Assembly: GCA_965217895.1 (NCBI GenBank)
Contig: CBDCJV010000002.1
Span: 4,768,001-4,832,000 of the forward strand
DNA length: 64,000 bases
Reading direction: 5' to 3'
Source: Waterburya sp.
GTDB lineage: Bacteria; Cyanobacteriota; Cyanobacteriia; Cyanobacteriales; Xenococcaceae
The notes under the pieces were generated by a model. It was not told the origin of the DNA. It saw only the letters and a list, made by a program, of their open reading frames with translations, and made no database searches. Below, piece by piece: positions 41,097 to 48,929 of this stretch (position 1 is its first letter; each line of letters begins with the position of its first letter). Position numbers and translations under genes: made by a program.

Positions 41097-41395
41097 AAGT
41101 AGCAGATAGCAAGTAGCGCAGCCTGGAGGCTGCCGACGTTGCTCCGCAACGGCGAGACGCGAAGCGCGTCTGCAAGTTCAACCTCTGCCTGAAGTCAGAC
41201 AAAGGGCTTGCCCGCATGTATTCAATTCTTGAATTATTCTTTTATCTTTTCCTCATGAATAAGGAGGCTTTAGACCAACTTCGGAGTTTTCTTAATTGCT
41301 ATCTGCGCGAACTGGAGTTCGCCGACTGCACTTTGTGCAGGCGAGCCGCTCCACGCGGCTTCTACTTGCTACTTTAACTCCGAAGGAGTTGGTAA
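41097..41395. repeat. Cluster: two 56-nt triple-hairpin elements and a 21-nt element in heptamer runs
   Basis: 41118-41173, 41199-41219, 41307-41362. Confidence 0.85.
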
Positions 41396-41561
41396 AAAAA
41401 TATGGCGTTGCTGACTACAGTTATCTGAGAAGTTTAATCAAAACAATCTTCTAATTCATTATGATTGTTATAGCTGTAATTAAATTGATAATTCTAGAAG
41501 AGCGATCGCTTTAATATTAAGCGAAATTTAAGAATTGTAAAGAAGTAACTAAAGTCCATCC

Positions 41562-43382
41562 ATGAGAATTTTACTCGTAGACGACGATGAACAGTTAATG
41601 GAGGTCTTGGCTAACAAATTAGTCGAACAGCGTTATGCTGTCGATATTGCCAGCAATGGTGAAATGGGCTGGGAGTTTCTGCTGCTGTTTGACTTCGATC
41701 TAGTGGTTCTCGACTGGATGTTGCCCGATATTGATGGAGTAGAGCTTTGCCAGCAGATTAGAGCCAAAGGCTATAAAATGCCGATTTTGCTCTTGACTGC
41801 TCGCGATCGCCATAACGATAAAGTAATGGGGTTGGATTCGGGTGCGGATGATTATGTAGTCAAACCCTTCAATTTTGACGAACTTACCGCGAGAATCCGT
41901 GCTTTGTTAAGGCGGGAAATTAGCGTATCTTCACCAGTATTAGAATGGGAAAATTTGACTTTAAATCCCAAAACTCATCAAGTACATTGTCGAGAACAAT
42001 TATTACCTCTGACACCCAAAGAATATGGCATGATCGAACTGTTTATGCGCCATCCTCAACAGGTATTTAGTCCAGGAGCAATTATCAATAACATCTGGGC
42101 GGGTGAAGATCCTCCAGGGGAGGAGGCGGTCAGAACCCATATAAAAGGCCTGCGTCACAAGCTCAAGTCTGCTGGTTTAGATAAAGATACGATCAAGACT
42201 GTGTATGGTGTTGGTTATCGTCTCAAGTCTGAAGAAGATCGACAAAGCAATCTGGTTCAAACTGCTAGCGATAAACAAAAGAGATTAGCAGCAATTACTC
42301 AAACTTGGTTAAAGTTCAAAGATGCAGCATTTGGGCGGTTAGCTGACTTAGAAAACTTTGCTAAAGCATTAGTAGAAGAGCAGGTAAACCCAGAAATACA
42401 CGCTCAAGCCAAAAGTTCTGCTCATAAGCTTGGGGGTTCGTTGGGCTGTTTTGGTTTTCCTGAAGGCTCAAAAATTGCCAAGCAGCTTGAGCAATTGTTA
42501 GATAATGCTTCTATTGAAGCTGCCGATACAAAACAATTTACAGAACTAGTTTCTGCGCTTTATACCGAATTACAACATCAGCCTTTTGAAAAGACAGTTA
42601 GAGATGCTTTGAGTAAAAATATTTCATTACTGATAATCGATCGCGACCTCGATGCTGAGTATAGCCAGAAACTATTTGCCGAAGCTCAACAAAAAGGAAT
42701 GAAAGTCTTTATAGCATCTAATCTGGAGCAAGCAGGAGCAATAACAGAACGAGAATCTATCGATGTGGTGCTGCATAAAATAACATTTCCCGATGGCGAA
42801 GATCTGACATTTCTCGAACAGCTACATCAGCATTTATCCGAGTTGCCTATTGTGGCGATCGCCGAATCGCCACAACTACTAGATCGCTTAGACATTGTTC
42901 GCAAAGGCGTTAACTTAACGTTGCAGTATCCAGTAAAGCCAAATACTGCTATTGATTGTGTTACAGAATTACTTCAAAGTTCGGGGTCTGCTGCCAAAAT
43001 CTTGATTCTCGATGACGATCCACAGGTATTACTCTCATTGAAAATATCCCTTCAGCCTTGGGGTTTTGAACTAACTACTCTTAACGATCCACAGCATTTT
43101 TGGGATGTCTTAGAAGATGTCGAACCAGATCTACTAGTACTAGATATAGAAATGCCAGAAATTAATGGTATTGAACTATGTCAAGTTATTAGAAGCGATC
43201 GCCGTTATCAGCAGTTACCAATTTTATTTTTAAGCGTACATCAAGACGAAAAAACTCAATATCAGGCTTTTGCTACTGGTGCAGATGACTATTTATGTAA
43301 ACCTGTAACTGGATCGATATTAGCTAACCGTATTCTCAATCGATTACGACGCAGTAAACCTCTGACCTCTGACCACATTTAA
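41562..43382 (+). CDS. RcaC-like multidomain response regulator (REC-wHTH-Hpt-pseudoREC-REC)
   Basis: LDWMLP receiver, OmpR wHTH, AHKLGGSLG Hpt, terminal LDIEMP receiver. Confidence 0.88.
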   Translation: MRILLVDDDEQLMEVLANKLVEQRYAVDIASNGEMGWEFLLLFDFDLVVLDWMLPDIDGVELCQQIRAKGYKMPILLLTARDRHNDKVMGLDSGADDYVVKPFNFDELTARIRALLRREISVSSPVLEWENLTLNPKTHQVHCREQLLPLTPKEYGMIELFMRHPQQVFSPGAIINNIWAGEDPPGEEAVRTHIKGLRHKLKSAGLDKDTIKTVYGVGYRLKSEEDRQSNLVQTASDKQKRLAAITQTWLKFKDAAFGRLADLENFAKALVEEQVNPEIHAQAKSSAHKLGGSLGCFGFPEGSKIAKQLEQLLDNASIEAADTKQFTELVSALYTELQHQPFEKTVRDALSKNISLLIIDRDLDAEYSQKLFAEAQQKGMKVFIASNLEQAGAITERESIDVVLHKITFPDGEDLTFLEQLHQHLSELPIVAIAESPQLLDRLDIVRKGVNLTLQYPVKPNTAIDCVTELLQSSGSAAKILILDDDPQVLLSLKISLQPWGFELTTLNDPQHFWDVLEDVEPDLLVLDIEMPEINGIELCQVIRSDRRYQQLPILFLSVHQDEKTQYQAFATGADDYLCKPVTGSILANRILNRLRRSKPLTSDHI

Positions 43383-43780
43383 ACCATGTCCTGTGGACAG
43401 TAGCCCAATCTATCTACAATCTGGTCGCGAAAAATTTCAATTTCTTCGGTTTTTGGCTTTCCATAATCAACAACTACTACCTGATAGAGATTCATAACCT
43501 CAGTAGGAGATTCTCCTTGTGCTAAACTTGCCAAAGCATTAATTACCTTGGATGAAGGTTGGATAATCATACCCATTTCATCAAGAAAAGACTGAAGATT
43601 TTTTGCCGATTGATAAGGTATTGAATTTTTTAGGTAGATTTGAATTAGCCAGCGATCGACTAAATTGATAACTGCCACTGAATCTAGATATGTTTGATAT
43701 TTATTGCGCAAACGCTGAATAACTCTAAGAGTAAAGCTAGCATTGCTAAAGGAGTAGATATATTCTTTATTTTTTTTCAT
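43379..43780 (-). CDS. Conserved cyanobacterial hypothetical protein
   Basis: NASFTLRV...LGYCP motifs recalled from a cyanobacterial family of unknown function. Confidence 0.7.
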   Translation of the reverse strand: MKKNKEYIYSFSNASFTLRVIQRLRNKYQTYLDSVAVINLVDRWLIQIYLKNSIPYQSAKNLQSFLDEMGMIIQPSSKVINALASLAQGESPTEVMNLYQVVVVDYGKPKTEEIEIFRDQIVDRLGYCPQDMV

Positions 43781-43789
43781 AGCTCTCAA

Positions 43790-43996
43790 TTAAGATACTT
43801 CTAACCAATCAAAAACTTGGTCTAGCTGTTTTGTATCGAGTAACCCATATTGCCAAAGAATAATGGGCAAAATATTGGGTTCTGCAACTTGATTTCTCTG
43901 TGCCAACGAAATTGCCTCAGCGGAAATCTTCAATTCCGATCGCAGAAAGTTTATTAGTAGCTCTAGCATTTTGGATACTCTCGATTTATATGGCAT
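43790..43996 (-). CDS. DUF2949 family protein
   Basis: LPIILWQYGLL...QLDQVFDWLE. Confidence 0.85.
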   Translation of the reverse strand: MPYKSRVSKMLELLINFLRSELKISAEAISLAQRNQVAEPNILPIILWQYGLLDTKQLDQVFDWLEVS

Positions 43997-44065
43997 TGGC
44001 AAGCTGTATTAGTTGAATAAATTTAGAAAAAGAATTTGAGGATCTTGTGAAGAACAATAAACGTA

Positions 44066-44106
44066 TTGCACGAATTAGAAATATCGGTTGAGAATGAGGT
44101 TAGAGG
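44066..44106 (+). repeat. Dispersed repeat, copy of 29630-29670
   Basis: 38/41 identity. Confidence 0.7.
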
Positions 44107-44208
44107 TCAAAAGTCAGGAATTACTTCCACTTAGTTAAATAAATATAAGTTACATGGTGAAAACCGATCGCCTGAATGGATTAGGATTAAAGATTAAACT
44201 AGAAGTTG

Positions 44209-47200
44209 ATGCAAACTGTGTTTTTTCGCTTCATTATCCTGGCAAAAATTTTAAGACTCAGCCAATTATTAATAGTGTGTATCGATAAGTACATTGAACC
44301 TAATCCCGTAACCGTCGCGCCAAACACTTTATTAAAAGCCGCGATCGCTTTGTTTGCTCAACCAGAAATTGACTATATTTTGGTTGAGCAAACAAAATTG
44401 GTTGGAATTTTAACCAAGGGTGATGTATTAAGAGCAATATCAACAGAAATTGAGATAAAGACTACTACTGTGGCTAAGGTAATGACTCAGCCTGTAATTG
44501 CGATCGCAACCTCGCAATGCCAGAATATTCAATCAGTTTGGTCATTACTGCAACAACATTCGATTAAACATCTACCAATTTTGAACAATGAAGGAGAATT
44601 GATTGGAGTTATCGATTATCAGAAGTTAATTCAGTCTTTTCGGCAAACAGAAAAATTGCCAGCCGATACCAGCAATATTAGTCCTCAACTATCTAACCGC
44701 GGAAGGCGGCCAACCGCAAGCCCCGCATCGGAGCGCGTTCCCTTGCGCCTGACGGCGACGCGGGGTCGCTCCTCCTTTGCAAGGCGGGGAACGCTTGACA
44801 AGCTTTCTTATGTAACTGTGGAGGTGGTTGATGAACGGCAAGCTGCACGGCGCGAGGACAAACAAGCAGAAATTCTCCAGCAAGAACGAGATTTTTCTAA
44901 AGCTGTTATTAATACTGTCGGTGCTTTAGTAGCCATATTAGATCGGCAAGGAGTAATAGTTGGTTTTAATCGTACCTGCGAGCAGGTTACTGGATACAGC
45001 TTTGCAGAAGTTAAAGGTAGACCAGTCTGGGATTTTTTGATTCCCCTTGAGGAAAAGACGACGATAAGAGCCGTATTTGAGCGATTGTTGACGGGGCAAG
45101 TTCCCAATCAATATGAAAACTGCTGGATTGCCAAAGATGGCAGTAAAAATCTTATTGCCTGGTCGAATACTGCTTTGTTTGATGCTCAGGGTAATATAGA
45201 ATTTATTGTTGCTACGGGCATTGATGTCACCGAACAGCGAAGAATTTGGAATAAGTTAGAGCTTCAATATCGACAAACCAAACTCCTCACAGAAATTACT
45301 CGCAAAATTCGGATGACCATTGAGCTAGATAAAGTCCTGCAAACTGCCGTGACTGAAGTGCAGAATCTTCTAGCTTGCGATCGCGTTTTGATTATGGAAC
45401 TAAAATCAAACAATACAGCTATACCAATTAGTGAGTCGATCCTGCCCAATCTATCTTCTATGTTGGGTTATGAGCTTGCCGATCCTTTACTGATGGGTGA
45501 ATACATAGTGAGATACCGTCAGGGAAAGGTATTGCAGATTGATAATTTGGATGATGCGCCTATTTCTTTAGATATTAAACAGCTATTAAAACAGTTTCAA
45601 ATACAGGCTAAACTAGTCGTTCCCATTCTTTCTCATGGCGAACTTAAAGGTCTTTTGATTGCCCATCAATGTCATCATCCTCGACAGTGGCAAGACAATG
45701 AAATTCTAATGCTCAATCAGCTAGCCGATCAAATTGGCGTGGCTTTAACTCAGGCTCAATTATTTAATTATTCTGAGGAGCTAGTATTAGAAAGGACTAG
45801 AGAGTTAATCTGTACCAACGAATTATTACAGGCTGAAATTAACGAACGCAAGCAAAGTGAACAAGATTTAAGAGAAAATCAGCAAAAGCTAGCTGGTATT
45901 TTGGATAATGCAGATGAGGCAATTATTTCAATTAATGAAAGACAGCAGATTCAACTATTTAATCAGGGTGCAGAGAAAATTTTTGGCTATCAGGCTGCTG
46001 AAATTATGGGGCGATCTTTAGACTTTCTTCTACCTGAAGTATTTCGCCACGTCCATAGCCAGCAGATCAAACAATTTGCTAAATCTAGCGAACAGTCCCG
46101 TAATATGACAGAGCGGAGCAGTAGTGTATATGGTCGTCGTAAAAATGGGTCAGAATTTCCCGCCGAGGCATCTGTAGCAAAACTTAAAACCAAATCAGGA
46201 ATGCTTTTTACGGTGATACTCAAAGATGTTACCGAAAGTCAACAAGCTAGAGCCAAGCTACAGTCATCGAAAGCTCTCCTTGCCAAAGCCGAACAAATTG
46301 CCAAGATTGGTAGTTGGGAATATGACCATAAAACGAACAAACGAAGCTGGTCAGAAGAATTATTTAATATTTTAGGCTTTGATAAAGACTGTCCTATACC
46401 GTCTTGTCAAGAAATTTTAGCTCGCGTTCATCCAAAGGATCTTTTACTAGTTAAAAATACCCTTCGTGCCGGACATGGACAGGGAAAATCTTGGGAAATT
46501 ACTTATCGACTACTAACCCCCGACGGTAAGGTCAAGTATTTAGAAAGTAGAGGCGAACCAACAGTAGATTCTGAGGGTAAGGTTATTAAAGTATCGGAGA
46601 CAATTATGGATGTTAGCGATCGCATCCAGGCACAAAAATCGCTGCAACGCAGTGAACAACAGTTGAGATTAATTACCGATGCTTTACCTATATTAATCGC
46701 CTACATTGATAATCAACAACGTTACCGCTACAACAATCGTACCTACGAAACCTGGTATGGAAAATCCCGTTCTACTTTACAGGGACGAGCGATCAAAGAA
46801 ATAGTCGGAGAAGACAACTATCAAAAAATGCTGCCCTACGTTGAGATGGCACTGGCAGGAAAAACAGCTACTTTCGAGAACCAACGTATTTCCGAAAAAG
46901 GCAACTCTTACTGGATGAGTGCTACCTATATTCCCGATTTTGACTCAAATGGTGAGGTAAAAGGATTTTTCTCAATGGTGGAAGATATTACCGACCGTAA
47001 GGCAGTAGAACAGATGAAAAGCGAATTTATCTCCATTGCCAGTCACGAAATGCGAACTCCCTTAACTTCGATTCATGGTGTAGTAAAATTACTCTGCGCT
47101 GGTCGCTTGGGAGAACTGTCTGAATCAGGAGCCAAAATGGCAGATATGGCTCTGAGAAATAGCGATCGCTTAAAACGCTTAGTTAACGATATTCTTGACT

Positions 47201-47688
47201 TGGAACGAATGGAGTCGGGCAGAGATAGTATTGAAAAACAAAGGTGTAATAGTGCTGAATTGATCCAGCAGGCAATAGATACCACTCGCTCGATGGCAGT
47301 CGAACAGGGAGTTAGTCTCGAAAGCGATTCTCAATCTGAGGAATTTTTAGGCGATCGCGATCGCTTAGTACAGACCTTAACTAATCTTATTGGCAATGCC
47401 ATTAAGTTCTCAACTGCCGATAGTAAAGTTTCGATCTCTTCTCGATTGGAAAATAACAACGTTCTCTTTGCTGTTAAAGATCGAGGCAGAGGCATTCCCA
47501 CAGACAAGCTAGAAACTATCTTTGAACGCTTTCAACAGGTAGACGCTTCCGATGCTCGAAAAAAAGGAGGCACGGGTTTGGGTTTGGCTATTTGTCGTCA
47601 TATTGTCGAGCAGCATCGGGGAAAAATTTGGGTAGAAAGCGTTTATGGTCAGGGCAGCACCTTTTTCTTTTCTTTACCAAAACAATAA
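44209..47688 (+). CDS. Sensor histidine kinase: CBS-PAS-GAF-PAS(x3)-HisKA-HATPase
   Basis: CBS pair, CBCR-like GAF (DRVLI...LLIAHQC), SHEMRTPL H-box, N/G1/F/G2 boxes; start uncertain. Confidence 0.9.
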   Translation: MQTVFFRFIILAKILRLSQLLIVCIDKYIEPNPVTVAPNTLLKAAIALFAQPEIDYILVEQTKLVGILTKGDVLRAISTEIEIKTTTVAKVMTQPVIAIATSQCQNIQSVWSLLQQHSIKHLPILNNEGELIGVIDYQKLIQSFRQTEKLPADTSNISPQLSNRGRRPTASPASERVPLRLTATRGRSSFARRGTLDKLSYVTVEVVDERQAARREDKQAEILQQERDFSKAVINTVGALVAILDRQGVIVGFNRTCEQVTGYSFAEVKGRPVWDFLIPLEEKTTIRAVFERLLTGQVPNQYENCWIAKDGSKNLIAWSNTALFDAQGNIEFIVATGIDVTEQRRIWNKLELQYRQTKLLTEITRKIRMTIELDKVLQTAVTEVQNLLACDRVLIMELKSNNTAIPISESILPNLSSMLGYELADPLLMGEYIVRYRQGKVLQIDNLDDAPISLDIKQLLKQFQIQAKLVVPILSHGELKGLLIAHQCHHPRQWQDNEILMLNQLADQIGVALTQAQLFNYSEELVLERTRELICTNELLQAEINERKQSEQDLRENQQKLAGILDNADEAIISINERQQIQLFNQGAEKIFGYQAAEIMGRSLDFLLPEVFRHVHSQQIKQFAKSSEQSRNMTERSSSVYGRRKNGSEFPAEASVAKLKTKSGMLFTVILKDVTESQQARAKLQSSKALLAKAEQIAKIGSWEYDHKTNKRSWSEELFNILGFDKDCPIPSCQEILARVHPKDLLLVKNTLRAGHGQGKSWEITYRLLTPDGKVKYLESRGEPTVDSEGKVIKVSETIMDVSDRIQAQKSLQRSEQQLRLITDALPILIAYIDNQQRYRYNNRTYETWYGKSRSTLQGRAIKEIVGEDNYQKMLPYVEMALAGKTATFENQRISEKGNSYWMSATYIPDFDSNGEVKGFFSMVEDITDRKAVEQMKSEFISIASHEMRTPLTSIHGVVKLLCAGRLGELSESGAKMADMALRNSDRLKRLVNDILDLERMESGRDSIEKQRCNSAELIQQAIDTTRSMAVEQGVSLESDSQSEEFLGDRDRLVQTLTNLIGNAIKFSTADSKVSISSRLENNNVLFAVKDRGRGIPTDKLETIFERFQQVDASDARKKGGTGLGLAICRHIVEQHRGKIWVESVYGQGSTFFFSLPKQ
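44698..44794 (-). repeat. Nested structured repeat inserted in-frame in the kinase gene
   Basis: 44733-44771 is the reverse complement of the 39-nt scaffold at 47796-47834 (1 mismatch). Confidence 0.88.
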
Positions 47689-47795
47689 AGTCGCTCAAAT
47701 CAAACTTTTGACTTGTAACCTCTAACTTGTGACCTGCGAAATAAATAACTTAATAACTTATCTATCAACAGTTAGAGCAGTTAGAGCAGTTAGAC

Positions 47796-47834
47796 GAGCG
47801 ACCCCGCGTCGCCGACAGGCGCAAGGGAACGCGC
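47796..47834 (+). repeat. Uninterrupted 39-nt scaffold repeat in a CAGTTAGAG tandem run
   Basis: gagcgaccccgcgtcgccgacaggcgcaagggaacgcgc. Confidence 0.88.
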
Positions 47835-48042
47835 GAGGAAGCAGTTGAAAACCCCAATTTACCGTTAGCTATCTTAATCTCAAACAAGGGTCAAACACCT
47901 ATTATTTCGTTAACAATAAAATTTTGTCCGAACCATTGATCTATACGAACAGGATTTAGTCTAATATAGGGTTTGGAAAAAATCTCACAAAATACACATA
48001 TTTAACAGATAGGATTTCTACGACTTCTTGAGTTTTAATGAC

Positions 48043-48417
48043 ATGAGCGCAAAACGTATTTTGTTTATTGATGATGAGGATGATATTAAAACCCTAGCTA
48101 GTTTTTGTCTAGAGTCTGAAGCGGGTTGGGAAATGATGAGTGCTTCGAGTGGAACAGAAGGTCTGAAAATTGCTGAAACAGAACAGCCAGATGCCATTCT
48201 GCTAGATGCCATGATGCCAGAAATAGATGGAATACAAACGCTAGAGAAGTTACTCCATAATCCTAAAACCAAGCACATCCCAACAATATTTATTACCGCT
48301 AAAGCTCAAGCAAGCGATCGCCGTCGTTTCTATAGTGCAGGAGCGAAAGGAGTAATCAATAAACCCTTTGATTCTCTAACTCTAGCTAGCCAGATCTCTG
48401 GATTTCTTGGCTGGTAG
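48043..48417 (+). CDS. Single-domain (RcaF/CheY-like) response regulator
   Basis: ILFIDDE, LLDAMMP, TAKA, KPF. Confidence 0.92.
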   Translation: MSAKRILFIDDEDDIKTLASFCLESEAGWEMMSASSGTEGLKIAETEQPDAILLDAMMPEIDGIQTLEKLLHNPKTKHIPTIFITAKAQASDRRRFYSAGAKGVINKPFDSLTLASQISGFLGW

Positions 48418-48450
48418 CTAACCGATATCGCAGTACGTTGATTGGTTAGC

Positions 48451-48867
48451 GGTGCGACCCCCTAAAGGGTTCAGCAGTTTGACGGGCGACATAAACGCCT
48501 TTTCGGGCGGTCAACATTCTGGGGAAACCCCACGAGGGCGATTATTCAAGGCGAACTAAATTCGCCGAATCTCGCCCTCAGAATTACGCCCTCAGAAACC
48601 ACAGGCGACGCGCCCTCCTTATGCCAGGAAACCCTTTCGACACTTTGCTCAACGGGTCATAGACCCGCAACGCAAGTGTCTCACCACCGCAACTGCTTCA
48701 CCGCGTCGGCGGTAAGAGGGCAGACCCTGCGCCGCCGTCAGGCGCGTCTTGAAAAAGTTGTTCATGGGGGAAACCCCCAAGACCACACTTTTTCGCAAAG
48801 GAACGCTGCCCTAGCAAGGGAATGCTGACTTAGCAAGAGTAAGGACTTGTCCGCAACTACGCGCACC
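48451..48867 (+). repeat. Large multiply nested structured-repeat array
   Basis: Scaffold pieces gcgacccc / cgcgtcg / gccgtcaggcgc / caaaggaacgc separated by hairpin inserts; closed by ggtgcg/cgcacc. Confidence 0.85.
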
Positions 48868-48929
48868 AAGACAGGACAGAAAAATGAACTGCTCGTAAGT
48901 AACAAGTAACTTGATGACTGCTCACCGCC

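Noticed and set aside
41562..48417. FaRLiP rfpABC or true rcaEFC locus
   Set aside because: No phytochrome PHY domain, no bilin Cys, no adjacent photosystem or phycobiliprotein paralogs
48451..48867. CRISPR array, tRNA or riboswitch interpretation of the hairpin clusters
   Set aside because: No constant repeat with regular spacers, no cas genes, no tRNA T/D-loop consensus, and positions are not consistently 5' of related genes
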